Assembly: GCF_003334305.1 (NCBI RefSeq)
Contig: NZ_QOWS01000003.1
Strand: one strand, 5' to 3'
Source: Escherichia coli
Lineage (GTDB): Bacteria > Pseudomonadota > Gammaproteobacteria > Enterobacterales > Enterobacteriaceae
DNA: 64,000 nucleotides
Below, in pieces: positions 22,584 through 33,814 of this stretch. Within the stretch, counting starts at the first letter, position 1, and each line of letters begins with the position of its first letter. The notes under the pieces are model-generated. The model saw only the letters and a program-made list of their open reading frames with translations. It was not told the origin of the DNA and did no database searches. Made by a program: the position numbers and the translations under genes.

Positions 22584-23123
22584 TTACCCTCTGAATCCTG
22601 GTGGAATTTGGCTGTCAGGTTCACTGACCGTATTCACATCTCGTTTCGGCAGTCCGCCGTTGCTGGCACGACCGATTTGCAGGCTGCGCGCCAGTTTTTG
22701 TTGCCACTGTACATGGTGAAAGACTTTACCTTCCGCCTGCCAGTAGGCAATGAATGAGGTCAGTTCTTCGGTGGTCACCGGCTCTCTTAGCGCCACGCCC
22801 CATAGCGCCGCCAGGCGGATAAAGTCGGCATCGGGTTGCCAGTCCGGATACATGGCGAATTTCCCCATGGGTACAGCAACGGGAGCAGCTTGCGGTTCCT
22901 GATAGAGTTGATCGTCCAGAGCGACATCGCTTCCCGGACGCGCCAGCTTTTCTTCCAGCGCCAGCAGTTCAGCCAGGCGTGCAGGCGTGACGGCATAAAA
23001 CGCCGGGGCATTGTTAGCAAATACGGCAACCACACCGCCTTCAGCTTTTGCCAGAACGGTTTGGTGATCGTGTACCAGGGCGTCAATACCAACGACGTCC
23101 GGGGTCAAAACTCTGGAAGACAT
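22584..23123 (-). CDS. dnaT: Primosomal protein DnaT
   Basis: Start at [17 protein letters not shown] (179 aa); 2-bp gap to dnaC. Confidence 0.9.
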
Positions 23124-23230
23124 ACTGTTTCTCAAATATGGAACGATGAACGAGAAGGGAGATAACTTTTATAGTAACACACGGAGGAGAGGTGGCTGTC
23201 TCTCATCCGCGTGCTTTAAGCGAGGCAATT

Positions 23231-23704
23231 TTATACGCGAGGGCGCTTGCGGTACAACCATAATCCAGGAATGGAAAGACCGATGGATAACGCACCAACA
23301 ATCGATGAAGCTGTAAGAAAGTTGGTTAACAGGGTAATCATCAACGGTTCGCTGTAACCTAACTGGCTGATTTTTACCGCCGAAATCATTGCGGTATAAG
23401 CCGATATGCCCGGGAACATAGGGATAACGGCCGCCACGGTAAACACTTTCGGATGCGCCAGATACCAGCGCGACCATTGAATACCAATGGTGCCGACCAG
23501 CATAGAAGCCATAAAGGTTGACCACTCAATATTCAGCCCGCTGGTCATTAAGATCATTCGTGAACCATGACCAATCGCGCCAAGCAGCGCACACCAGCGT
23601 AATGCCCGAACGGGAACGTTGAACACCATCGCAAAGCCGACCGCTGGAATGGCGGCGAGGATCATATCCTGCGCCAATGCAAACAGAAACTCGATCACAC
23701 CCAT
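23231..23704 (-). CDS. yjjB: Inner-membrane protein YjjB (putative transporter subunit with YjjP)
   Basis: 157 aa hydrophobic ORF; overlaps yjjP 3' end. Confidence 0.75.
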   Translation of the reverse strand: MGVIEFLFALAQDMILAAIPAVGFAMVFNVPVRALRWCALLGAIGHGSRMILMTSGLNIEWSTFMASMLVGTIGIQWSRWYLAHPKVFTVAAVIPMFPGISAYTAMISAVKISQLGYSEPLMITLLTNFLTASSIVGALSIGLSIPGLWLYRKRPRV

Positions 23705-24465
23705 CCGCGTAGCCCCCAAATCGTCAGTGCCATCACCACGCCGACGCAGGTAGCCAGTGTCAGCAGACTGGCGATCGCCCAGCGTGCCAGTCCGGTATTG
23801 ATGTGGCCTTTAAACATATCGGCGACGGCATTTATCAACGGAAATCCCGGCACCAGCAGCAGAACGCTGGCGGCCATCGCAATGGTGGGTGTATTGCTGA
23901 AGGTGGGAAGTTGCAAAAGCAAACCGGAAATAGTGGTGGCGGCGAAAGCGGTGAGGCAAAAGTTGATCTGTGGATGAAGATGACGTTGTGCCAGTAGCTG
24001 GCGGATATACATCGCGGCCGTACTGGCAAAGAAGGTGATGACGGCACCATCCCAGCCACCTTTATTGAGTTTACAGAAACAGGCGCAGGAAAGGCCAACC
24101 ATTAAGGCTACCAGCCATCTTGGGTAACGTAATGGCTGAATTTGGCTAAATCGTTTCTCTACGCCTTTGTAATCCAGCAGATGGTGCTCCGCCAGAATCA
24201 CAATGTGCTGGACTTCAGTCACCACATGCATATTAATGCCGCGATCGTGATTTTTACGTGTCGATGTCAGGCATTGCCCATCTTTAATGGTTGTCAGCAC
24301 TATGGCGTTCGAAGAGATAGAACTTTCAACGCTGTCCATTCCCAGCGCCCGACCCAGTCGTGAGGAAAGCTCATCAACCAACGCGCTTTCCGCACCATGT
24401 TGCAGAAGAAATAATCCACACTGGATACAAAGCCGTGTTACGGCTCGCTGTTGCTCAGTTTGCAT
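23695..24465 (-). CDS. yjjP: Inner-membrane protein YjjP (ThrE-like)
   Basis: Start placed at [12 protein letters not shown] (256 aa); track ORF extends to 24528. Confidence 0.75.
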   Translation of the reverse strand: MQTEQQRAVTRLCIQCGLFLLQHGAESALVDELSSRLGRALGMDSVESSISSNAIVLTTIKDGQCLTSTRKNHDRGINMHVVTEVQHIVILAEHHLLDYKGVEKRFSQIQPLRYPRWLVALMVGLSCACFCKLNKGGWDGAVITFFASTAAMYIRQLLAQRHLHPQINFCLTAFAATTISGLLLQLPTFSNTPTIAMAASVLLLVPGFPLINAVADMFKGHINTGLARWAIASLLTLATCVGVVMALTIWGLRGWV

Positions 24466-24528
24466 AACTCGCCCTTTGTCATAGACGTGCTGCGTATTGT
24501 TCAGATAATGAGAATCCATTTGTATCAT

Positions 24529-25083
24529 GAAGCACGGTTGTTTTGCGGTAGGTTAAGATCAAAATTGCGCTGATTAATCCTGGTTATCGGGACAAGCTCG
24601 GTGATAAAAAGCGAATTATCTCTCGCCGCAAACAAACTATCACATGAATATTATCACTATAATGAATTTATTGTTTGGCCTTTACGAATTAGGATAATAG
24701 ATAACCGGGCACGTTTTTTAATGTTAACAAGTTAAAACCATCAGATTTCATTGAATAAATATTGGTTGTGTGATTTTTCATTCTGCGGGAAGGGATATCA
24801 TTTAATTATAAATTAAATGAATGTGATTTCTGTTTTTCATTAAGTATTCCTAACAACTTAATGTAGATATTTTAAATGTCTCCAGGCTATTTCACCAGGT
24901 TATCATTTGATGCTAACCTTCTGACACATGCAGTGGAGTTGTTGTGCAGCAGGAGTATGCTGATATGAAAGTGAATGCTAAGGATAATTTATTCGCTTAA
25001 TCTATTAATTTGCTGGAAACATTTAAGGAATGAATATCCTGAATAAACCATCATGATTTTTAGACAGTGGATGTGGAGGAAAT
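24529..25083. promoter_or_regulatory. AT-rich divergent yjjP / yjjQ-bglJ control region
   Basis: About 550 bp strongly AT-rich noncoding DNA; known H-NS-silenced, LeuO-activated locus in K-12. Confidence 0.6.
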
Positions 25084-25809
25084 ATGTTGCCAGGATGCTG
25101 CAAAAATGGAATTGTTATCAGTAAAATACCTGTTATGCAAGCAGGGTTAAAAGAGGTCATGAGGACTCACTTCCCTGAATATGAAATAATATCCAGCGCC
25201 TCTGCGGAGGACCTTACCTTATTACAATTACGTCGTTCCGGATTAGTCATTGCTGATTTAGCCGGTGAAAGTGAAGATCCTCGTTCTGTTTGTGAACATT
25301 ATTATTCTTTAATCTCACAATATCGGGAAATTCACTGGGTTTTCATGGTGTCACGCTCCTGGTATTCCCAGGCAGTAGAATTGCTCATGTGCCCTACGGC
25401 GACGTTATTGTCTGATGTTGAACCCATTGAGAATCTGGTCAAGACCGTACGTTCCGGCAATACGCACGCAGAGCGTATCAGCGCCATGCTGACCTCTCCG
25501 GCAATGAATGAAACTCATGATTTTAGCTATCGCTCCGTCATTCTCACTCTTTCAGAGCGCAAGGTACTGCGGCTATTAGGTAAAGGATGGGGCATCAACC
25601 AGATAGCTTCGTTGCTTAAGAAAAGTAATAAAACTATCAGCGCCCAAAAAAACAGTGCGATGCGTCGACTGGCAATTCACAGCAACGCTGAAATGTATGC
25701 ATGGATAAATAGCGCGCAGGGTGCAAGAGAACTTAACTTGCCTTCTGTTTATGGAGATGCCGCAGAATGGAACACAGCCGAATTAAGAAGAGAAATGTCG
25801 CACTCATAG
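25084..25809 (+). CDS. yjjQ: LuxR/FixJ-family transcriptional regulator
   Basis: 241 aa with C-terminal LuxR-type HTH (…[41 protein letters not shown]…). Confidence 0.85.
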   Translation: MLPGCCKNGIVISKIPVMQAGLKEVMRTHFPEYEIISSASAEDLTLLQLRRSGLVIADLAGESEDPRSVCEHYYSLISQYREIHWVFMVSRSWYSQAVELLMCPTATLLSDVEPIENLVKTVRSGNTHAERISAMLTSPAMNETHDFSYRSVILTLSERKVLRLLGKGWGINQIASLLKKSNKTISAQKNSAMRRLAIHSNAEMYAWINSAQGARELNLPSVYGDAAEWNTAELRREMSHS

Positions 25810-26444
25810 AAAAATGCGTCATGAGCAGTATCGGTATTGAGAGTTTATTCAGAAAGTTTGCGGGTAACCCTTATAAGCTCCATACCTATACCAGTCAGGA
25901 GTCATTTCAGGATGCCATGTCGCGGATCTCATTTGCGGCGGTCATTTTTTCTTTTTCTGCCATGAGAAGTGAGCGCAGAGAGGGATTATCTTGCCTGACT
26001 GAACTGGCGATTAAGTTTCCGCGTACCCGGCGTTTAGTTATTGCGGATGATGATATTGAAGCTCGGCTGATTGGTTCATTGTCGCCATCACCGCTGGACG
26101 GTGTATTAAGTAAAGCGTCAACGCTGGAGATTTTTCATCAGGAACTCTTTTTGTCATTAAATGGTGTACGTCAGGCGACCGACCGACTGAACAATCAGTG
26201 GTACATTAACCAAAGCCGGACGCTAAGCCCGACGGAGAGAGAAATATTGCGCTTTATGTCGCGTGGCTACTCAATGACACAAATTGCCGAGCAGCTTAAA
26301 CGCAATATCAAAACGATCCGTGCACATAAATTTAATGTGATGTCGAAACTGGGCGTCAGTTCTGATGCAGGGTTGTTGGAGGCCGCAGATATTCTGTTAT
26401 GTATGCGGCATTGCGAAGCAAGTAATGTGTTGCATCCCTATTAA
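25767..26444 (+). CDS. bglJ: LuxR-family regulator BglJ (RcsB partner)
   Basis: 225 aa with LuxR-type HTH (…[44 protein letters not shown]…); overlaps yjjQ by 43 bp. Confidence 0.85.
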   Translation: MEHSRIKKRNVALIEKCVMSSIGIESLFRKFAGNPYKLHTYTSQESFQDAMSRISFAAVIFSFSAMRSERREGLSCLTELAIKFPRTRRLVIADDDIEARLIGSLSPSPLDGVLSKASTLEIFHQELFLSLNGVRQATDRLNNQWYINQSRTLSPTEREILRFMSRGYSMTQIAEQLKRNIKTIRAHKFNVMSKLGVSSDAGLLEAADILLCMRHCEASNVLHPY

Positions 26445-26481
26445 TCCGCATGATGCCGGGTTTACTTCCCCGGCAGTGCTT

Positions 26482-27270
26482 TCATTTCAGCGTACAATCG
26501 CCACATTGCTGCACATCCGGTAAGCGATAACGCTGGCAGCAGGTCCGGCGCACCAGCAGGCCGTCGCGTAGCACCACGGTACGCCAGAGTGGATTATCTT
26601 CACCGGTAGTAAGCGTTTTCTCAAAAAAGAGGGCATGGCGCAGCGATTCAACCGTCGCCTCGCCGAGCAGTTGCTTCATCTCAGTAAGATACCAGTTGAT
26701 CAAATAACCGGTATTACTCCAGATAAGTTTGCCGTTGATCTCTCCGGTCGCTTCTAGTGCCTGCACAACCGGAACCAGCGCCTGGCTGATTAACCTTTCC
26801 ATTCGCTGCTGCGGCGAATGTGGTGTTGCGTTTTTATCTTCACACACATCGACCCAGAAACAGGCGGCACGGCCGGTTTCGTGAAACTCAGCATGGAAAT
26901 GTTCCGGCGACACATCTAATGCCTTTTCCTGCGTCAGTAGCGCCAGCATTAATGGTGGCACCATCAGGCCGATATACCATTGTGCCCATAGTGAGATCAG
27001 CGGTTTGTTCTCGCGGATCATCGTTGGTTGGTTGCGATAGATATGATCGGAATAGACCGCGAGTAGAGAACTTAGCGCATTCGGTGATGACCATTGCGCC
27101 AGCGTCATGGCGTTAAGCGGAGCGGGTTCATCCAGGCGGATAAACTCCAGCAAATGTTCACGATGTTCGGCGATCGTCGCACGTACGGCTTGTGCAAGCC
27201 CAGCATCCTGTGGCTGGAGATGCGTTCGCCAGATAACATCTTCATAGAGCGGTGCGGAACGATAGGCCAT
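26482..27270 (-). CDS. fhuF: Ferric-siderophore reductase FhuF (2Fe-2S)
   Basis: 262 aa; C-terminal cysteine cluster C-C-x10-C-x2-C (…TCCQRYRLPDVQQCGDCTLK). Confidence 0.9.
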   Translation of the reverse strand: MAYRSAPLYEDVIWRTHLQPQDAGLAQAVRATIAEHREHLLEFIRLDEPAPLNAMTLAQWSSPNALSSLLAVYSDHIYRNQPTMIRENKPLISLWAQWYIGLMVPPLMLALLTQEKALDVSPEHFHAEFHETGRAACFWVDVCEDKNATPHSPQQRMERLISQALVPVVQALEATGEINGKLIWSNTGYLINWYLTEMKQLLGEATVESLRHALFFEKTLTTGEDNPLWRTVVLRDGLLVRRTCCQRYRLPDVQQCGDCTLK

Positions 27271-27282
27271 AATCGGGATAGT

Positions 27283-27397
27283 AATCTAAATGATAATGAT
27301 TGCTAATCCTAGCGATAGGTTTACCCGATAGCAAGGGATTTCTCTGGCTTGCAAATGATAAAAATTATCATATGATATTGGTTTTCATTATCAATGA
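27283..27397. promoter_or_regulatory. Putative Fur boxes in the fhuF / yjjZ divergent promoter region
   Basis: aaatgataatgattgc (27283-27298) and aatgataaaaattatcatatgatattggttttcattatc (27354-27393) resemble the gataatgataatcattatc consensus. Confidence 0.6.
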
Positions 27398-27410
27398 AAG
27401 AGATGAAACC

Positions 27411-27647
27411 ATGTTGCAACGTACGCTGGGCAGTGGCTGGGGAGTGTTGCTGCCAGGATTGCTGATTGCAGGGCTGATGTATGCGGATTTATCACCGGAT
27501 CAGTGGCGGATTGTCATTCTGATGGGATTAGTATTGACGTCGGTGATGCTGTATCACAAACAGTTACGGCATTACGTTTTGCTACCATCGTGCCTGGCGC
27601 TTATTGCTGCCATCATGCTGATGATAATGAATTTGAATCAGGGATGA
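27411..27647 (+). CDS. yjjZ: Small membrane protein of unknown function
   Basis: 78 aa from ATG 27411 (MLQRTLGSGWGVLLPGLLIAGLMY…); track ORF starts further upstream at a non-ATG. Confidence 0.65.
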   Translation: MLQRTLGSGWGVLLPGLLIAGLMYADLSPDQWRIVILMGLVLTSVMLYHKQLRHYVLLPSCLALIAAIMLMIMNLNQG

Positions 27648-27685
27648 AAAATCAAGGAAGAAACAAGAAAGGAAGTAAAGATAAT

Positions 27686-27772
27686 TGGTGCGAGGGGGGG
27701 GACTTGAACCCCCACGTCCGTAAGGACACTAACACCTGAAGCTAGCGCGTCTACCAATTCCGCCACCTTCGC
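27686..27772 (-). tRNA. leuQ: tRNA-Leu (anticodon CAG), single copy
   Basis: 87 nt; minus strand reads GCGAAGGTGGCGGAATTGGTAGACGCGCTAGCTTCAGGTGTTAGTGTCCTTACGGACGTGGGGGTTCAAGTCCCCCCCCTCGCACCA. Confidence 0.95.
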
Positions 27773-27813
27773 ATACCATCAATTCTTAAAAAGAATTGCT
27801 ACCACGGAGGCGC

Positions 27814-27841
27814 ATTCTAGTGGTTTTCAGCTTTTCGTCAA
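27814..27841 (-). promoter_or_regulatory. Sigma-70 promoter of the tRNA-Leu gene
   Basis: Minus strand TTGACG (27836-27841), 16-bp spacer, TAGAAT (27814-27819), then GC-rich discriminator gcgcctccg. Confidence 0.7.
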
Positions 27842-27894
27842 TAGTTAATTATCGCCGGAGGTGTAATTGCTGGAAAAATGTCCATCAGGAAACT

Positions 27895-28060
<166 letters not shown>

Positions 28061-28072
28061 TCGGCGGGATAC

Positions 28073-29104
28073 TTAACCTTTCTTCGCCTGGCGGGTCATA
28101 ATGGCGCGATACACCTTGAAGCGCCCGGTTTGCGCGATAACTTCATGGAAGCCAAATGTCTCATCCAGCACGTCCGGGTAAGGCAGGAAGGCGTTCGCTA
28201 CAATTCGCAGCTCGCCGCCGCTATTAAGATGACGCACCGCGCCGCGAATCAGCGTTTGCGCCGCATCCAGGCTGGTTTGCATCCCATCGTGGAACGGCGG
28301 GTTGGAGATGATCATATCAAAACGACCTTTCACCTCGGAAAAGACGTTGCTGGCAAAGACTTCACCTTCAACACAGTTGGCCGCAAGTGTTGCGCGGCTG
28401 GCTTCTACCGCTGGCGCAGAGACATCGCACAAGGTGAGACGAATTTTCGGCGAATGGCGCGCAAAGGCAACTGAAAGCACCCCCGCGCCACAGCCGACAT
28501 CCAGCACTTTACCTTTCGTGTGCGGAGTTAACGTCGAGAGCAGCAACTGGCTACCGACATCCAGACCGTCGCGGCTAAACACGCCAGGCAGCGTTTTGAC
28601 CGTCAGGCCATCGACGCTGTATTCGCCCCAGAATTTATCGGCATCAAATACCGGCTGTTTTTCCAGACGACCAAAATAGAGGCCACAGCGACGAGCGCTG
28701 TCGACTTTATTCAACGGCGCATAATCTGCCAGCATCTGCTCGGCGCTGCGCACGCCGCTGCGGTTCTCGCCAACGACAAAAATATCCGTCCCCACCGGCA
28801 GCAGAGAAAGTAAATTCATCAACTGGAACTGGGCTTCCGGTTTGTTCTTCGGCCAGTAGTAAATCAGCGTATCGCAATCTGCGACGTCATCCGCCGTGGC
28901 GACCAGACTGAAACGGGCGTTATCCCCCATCTGGCGGCTTAATACCTGCCAGTGGTGGAATTGCTGGGTATGAGCACGGCTGGCCGCGGTATCTAAACGC
29001 GCGGGCAGGTCATCCTGTAAGTCTCCGGCAAACAGAATACGGCTTTGTTCGAAATCATCACTGTGACGCAGCAAGACTTCACTTGCCGGGGTAAATGCAG
29101 ACAT
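28073..29104 (-). CDS. rsmC: 16S rRNA (guanine1207-N2)-methyltransferase
   Basis: 343 aa; SAM-binding [12 protein letters not shown] motif and NPPFH catalytic motif. Confidence 0.9.
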
Positions 29105-29206
29105 GGAATGCTCCTCAATTGATACTGGCGGCGATTATAGCCATATGTTGGCGCGGTATCGACGAATTTGCTATATTTGCGCCCCTGACAACAGGAGCGA
29201 TTCGCT

Positions 29207-29620
29207 ATGACATCCCGACGAGACTGGCAGTTACAGCAACTGGGCATTACCCAGTGGTCGCTGCGTCGCCCTGGCGCGTTGCAGGGGGAGATTGCCATTG
29301 CGATCCCGGCACACGTCCGTCTGGTGATGGTGGCAAACGATCTTCCCGCCCTGACTGATCCTTTAGTGAGCGATGTTCTGCGCGCATTAACCGTCAGCCC
29401 CGACCAGGTGCTGCAACTGACGCCAGAAAAAATCGCGATGCTGCCGCAAGGCAGTCGCTGCAACAGCTGGCGGTTGGGTACTGACGAACCGCTATCACTG
29501 GAAGGCGCTCAGGTGGCATCACCGGCGCTCACCGATTTACGGGCAAACCCAACGGCACGCGCCGCGTTATGGCAACAAATTTGCACATATGAACACGATT
29601 TCTTCCCTCGAAACGACTGA
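29207..29620 (+). CDS. holD: DNA polymerase III psi subunit
   Basis: 137 aa (MTSRRDWQLQQLGITQWSLRRP…); overlaps rimI start. Confidence 0.9.
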   Translation: MTSRRDWQLQQLGITQWSLRRPGALQGEIAIAIPAHVRLVMVANDLPALTDPLVSDVLRALTVSPDQVLQLTPEKIAMLPQGSRCNSWRLGTDEPLSLEGAQVASPALTDLRANPTARAALWQQICTYEHDFFPRND

Positions 29621-30035
29621 TTTACCGGCGGCTTACCACATTGAACAACGCGCCCACGCCTTTCCGTGGAGTGAAAAAACCTTTGCCAGCAACCAGGGCG
29701 AGCGTTATCTCAACTTTCAGTTAACGCAAAACGGCAAAATGGCGGCGTTTGCGATTACGCAAGTGGTGCTGGATGAAGCTACATTGTTCAATATTGCGGT
29801 CGATCCTGACTATCAGCGTCAGGGATTGGGAAGGGCGCTGCTGGAACATCTGATCGACGAACTGGAAAAACGCGGCGTGGCGACACTATGGCTGGAAGTC
29901 CGTGCTTCAAACGCTGCCGCCATTGCCCTGTACGAAAGTTTAGGCTTTAACGAGGCGACGATTCGCCGCAATTACTACCCCACCACGGACGGTCGCGAAG
30001 ACGCCATCATCATGGCGTTGCCAATCAGTATGTAA
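29589..30035 (+). CDS. rimI: Ribosomal protein S18 alanine N-acetyltransferase
   Basis: 148 aa GNAT fold (…[14 protein letters not shown]…). Confidence 0.9.
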   Translation: MNTISSLETTDLPAAYHIEQRAHAFPWSEKTFASNQGERYLNFQLTQNGKMAAFAITQVVLDEATLFNIAVDPDYQRQGLGRALLEHLIDELEKRGVATLWLEVRASNAAAIALYESLGFNEATIRRNYYPTTDGREDAIIMALPISM

Positions 30036-30049
30036 GACAAGGTGGAATA

Positions 30050-30727
30050 ATGAAGTGGGACTGGATTTTCTTTGATGCCGATGAAACGCTGTTTACCTTT
30101 GACTCATTCACCGGCCTGCAGCGGATGTTTCTTGATTACAGCGTCACCTTTACCGCTGAAGATTTTCAGGACTATCAGGCCGTTAACAAGCCACTGTGGG
30201 TGGATTATCAAAACGGCGCGATCACTTCATTACAGCTTCAGCACGGGCGTTTTGAGAGCTGGGCCGAACGGCTGAAAGTTGAAGCAGGCTTGCTTAACGA
30301 TGCCTTTATTAATGCGATGGCGGAAATCTGCACGCCGCTGCCGGGCGCGGTTTCTCTGCTTAACGCCATTCGTGGCAACGCCAAAATCGGCATCATCACC
30401 AACGGCTTTAGCGCCTTGCAGCAAGTGCGTCTGGAACGCACGGGCCTGCGTGATTACTTCGATTTGCTGGTGATTTCCGAAGAAGTTGGCGTTGCCAAAC
30501 CGAATAAGAAAATTTTCGATTATGCGCTGGAACAGGCGGGCAATCCTGACCGTTCACGCGTGCTGATGGTTGGCGACACTGCCGAGTCCGATATTCTCGG
30601 TGGCATCAACGCCGGGCTTGCGACCTGCTGGCTGAATGCGCACCATCGCGAGCAACCAGAAGGCATCGCGCCCACCTGGACCGTTTCTTCGTTGCACGAA
30701 CTGGAGCAGCTCCTGTGTAAACACTGA
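30050..30727 (+). CDS. yjjG: HAD-family pyrimidine 5'-nucleotidase
   Basis: 225 aa; HAD motif I FFDADETL and motif [10 protein letters not shown]. Confidence 0.85.
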   Translation: MKWDWIFFDADETLFTFDSFTGLQRMFLDYSVTFTAEDFQDYQAVNKPLWVDYQNGAITSLQLQHGRFESWAERLKVEAGLLNDAFINAMAEICTPLPGAVSLLNAIRGNAKIGIITNGFSALQQVRLERTGLRDYFDLLVISEEVGVAKPNKKIFDYALEQAGNPDRSRVLMVGDTAESDILGGINAGLATCWLNAHHREQPEGIAPTWTVSSLHELEQLLCKH

Positions 30728-30817
30728 TTGCCTCCCCCCCGTTGATGGGTAAAATAGCCGCAATTTTTCGTTTTCAACAAGCGCGGCGCGATGCCGCTTA
30801 CTCAAGAAGAAAGAATT

Positions 30818-32407
30818 ATGACGTTGTCTCCTTATTTGCAAGAGGTGGCGAAGCGCCGCACTTTTGCCATTATTTCTCACCCGGATGCCGGTAAGACTAC
30901 CATCACCGAGAAGGTGCTGCTGTTCGGACAGGCCATTCAGACCGCCGGTACAGTAAAAGGCCGTGGTTCCAACCAGCACGCTAAGTCGGACTGGATGGAG
31001 ATGGAAAAGCAGCGTGGGATCTCCATTACTACGTCTGTGATGCAGTTTCCGTATCACGATTGCCTGGTTAACCTGCTCGACACCCCGGGGCACGAAGACT
31101 TCTCGGAAGATACCTATCGTACCCTGACGGCGGTGGACTGCTGCCTGATGGTTATCGACGCTGCAAAAGGTGTTGAAGATCGTACCCGTAAGCTGATGGA
31201 AGTTACCCGTCTGCGCGACACGCCGATCCTCACCTTTATGAACAAACTTGACCGTGATATCCGCGACCCGATGGAACTGCTCGATGAAGTTGAGAACGAG
31301 CTGAAAATCGGCTGCGCACCGATCACATGGCCGATTGGCTGCGGCAAGCTGTTTAAAGGCGTTTACCACCTTTATAAAGACGAAACCTATCTCTATCAGA
31401 GCGGTAAAGGCCACACGATTCAGGAAGTCCGTATTGTTAAAGGGCTGAATAACCCGGATCTCGACGCTGCGGTTGGTGAAGATCTGGCACAGCAGCTACG
31501 TGACGAACTGGAACTGGTGAAAGGCGCGTCTAACGAGTTCGACAAAGAACTGTTCCTTGCGGGCGAAATCACTCCGGTATTCTTCGGTACTGCGCTGGGT
31601 AACTTCGGTGTTGATCATATGCTGGATGGCCTGGTGGAGTGGGCTCCTGCGCCGATGCCGCGTCAGACTGATACCCGTACCGTAGAGGCGAGCGAAGACA
31701 AATTTACCGGCTTCGTATTTAAAATTCAGGCCAACATGGACCCGAAACACCGCGACCGCGTGGCGTTTATGCGCGTAGTATCCGGTAAATATGAAAAAGG
31801 CATGAAGCTGCGCCAGGTGCGTACTGCGAAAGATGTGGTTATCTCCGACGCGCTGACCTTTATGGCGGGCGACCGTTCGCACGTTGAAGAAGCGTATCCG
31901 GGCGATATCCTCGGCCTGCACAACCACGGCACTATTCAGATCGGCGACACCTTTACCCAGGGTGAGATGATGAAGTTCACCGGTATTCCGAACTTCGCAC
32001 CAGAACTGTTCCGTCGTATCCGCCTGAAAGATCCGCTGAAGCAAAAACAGCTGCTCAAAGGGCTGGTACAGCTTTCCGAAGAGGGCGCGGTGCAGGTGTT
32101 CCGTCCGATCTCCAACAACGATTTGATCGTTGGTGCTGTTGGTGTGCTGCAGTTTGATGTGGTGGTATCGCGCCTGAAGAGCGAATACAACGTTGAAGCA
32201 GTATATGAATCAGTCAACGTTGCCACTGCCCGCTGGGTAGAATGTGCGGACGCGAAGAAATTCGAAGAGTTCAAGCGTAAGAACGAAAGCCAACTGGCGC
32301 TTGATGGCGGCGATAACCTCGCTTACATCGCTACCAGCATGGTCAACCTGCGCCTGGCGCAGGAACGTTATCCCGACGTTCAGTTCCACCAGACCCGCGA
32401 GCATTAA
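30818..32407 (+). CDS. prfC: Peptide chain release factor 3 (GTPase)
   Basis: Start at [10 protein letters not shown]; G1 motif [17 protein letters not shown]; 529 aa. Confidence 0.95.
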
Positions 32408-32416
32408 TTCTTGCCT

Positions 32417-32450
32417 CCAGGGCGCGGTAGCCGCTGCGCCCTGTCAATTT
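32417..32450 (+). terminator. Candidate prfC terminator hairpin
   Basis: Stem cagggcgc (32418-32425) / gcgccctg (32436-32443) followed by tcaattt. Confidence 0.45.
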
Positions 32451-32799
32451 CCCTTCCTTATTAGCCGCTTACGGAATGTTCTTAAAACATTCACTTTTGC
32501 TTATGTTTTCGCTGATATCCCGAGCGGTTTCAAAATTGTGAACTATATTTAACAAAGTAATGACATTTCTGACGGCGTTAAATACCGTTCAATGCGTAGA
32601 TATCAGTATCTAAAGCCGTCGATTGTCATTCTACCGATATTAATAACTGATTCAGAGGCTGTAATGGTCGTTATTCATCACCCATCGCTTTTGTGATGGC
32701 GACCATTGACTTCTGTAGAGGGTGAAGTCTCTCCCTATTCAGCAATGCAACCTCGTGTTGCCAGGCTCAAATTACGAGCAAACATACAGGAATAAATCG

Positions 32800-33405
32800 A
32801 TGACTATGACAAGACTGAAGATTTCGAAAACTCTGCTGGCTGTAATGTTGACCTCTGCCGTCGCGACCGGCTCTGCCTACGCGGAAAACAACGCACAGAC
32901 TACCAATGAAAGCGCAGGGCAAAAAGTCGATAGCTCTATGAATAAAGTCGGTAATTTCATGGATGACAGCGCCATCACCGCGAAAGTGAAGGCGGCGCTG
33001 GTGGATCATGACAACATCAAGAGCACCGATATCTCTGTCAAAACCGATCAAAAAGTCGTGACCCTGAGCGGTTTCGTTGAAAGCCAGGCTCAGGCCGAAG
33101 AGGCAGTGAAAGTGGCGAAAGGCGTTGAAGGGGTGACCTCTGTCAGCGACAAACTGCACGTTCGCGACGCTAAAGAAGGCTCGGTGAAGGGCTACGCGGG
33201 TGACACCGCCACCACCAGTGAAATCAAAGCCAAACTGCTGGCGGACGATATCGTCCCTTCCCGTCATGTGAAAGTTGAAACCACCGACGGCGTGGTTCAG
33301 CTCTCCGGTACCGTCGATTCCCAGGCACAGAGCGACCGTGCTGAAAGTATCGCCAAAGCGGTAGATGGTGTGAAAAGCGTTAAAAATGATCTGAAAACTA
33401 AGTAA
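32800..33405 (+). CDS. osmY: Osmotically inducible periplasmic protein OsmY (two BON domains)
   Basis: Start at [28 protein letters not shown] (signal peptide); 201 aa. Confidence 0.9.
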
Positions 33406-33531
33406 TTCGTCGTAATTCGTCCTCCCGAACTTTGTCGGGAGGCGCGATGTGCACCACACTAAAAATATCGCATTGAGTGATTTTCACGCTCATATCAAGC
33501 GGTGACATTAACTATGGTAAAGGAGACGCTT

Positions 33532-33693
33532 ATGTTTCGTTGGGGCATCATATTTCTGGTTATCGCGTTAATCGCCGCCGCACTTGGGTTTGGTGGTCTG
33601 GCCGGTACCGCTGCAGGCGCAGCTAAAATTGTCTTTGTCGTCGGGATTATTCTGTTCCTGGTGAGTTTGTTCATGGGCCGAAAACGACCCTAG
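33532..33693 (+). CDS. ytjA: Small membrane protein (DUF1328)
   Basis: 53 aa [53 protein letters not shown]; aaggag RBS. Confidence 0.65.
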
Positions 33694-33814
33694 ATTTCAG
33701 ACCATTAAGAAAATTTTATCCAAAGCCAGTCCAGCGGACTGGCTTTTGCGGTTTTAGCGAATAATAAATTGCGTTACTTTGTCATTCTTTCACAACAAAA
33801 ACAGGAAGGCAGAG

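Noticed and set aside
30554-31414. 286-aa minus-strand ORF
   Set aside because: Antisense across yjjG and prfC, both with strong motif support on the plus strand.
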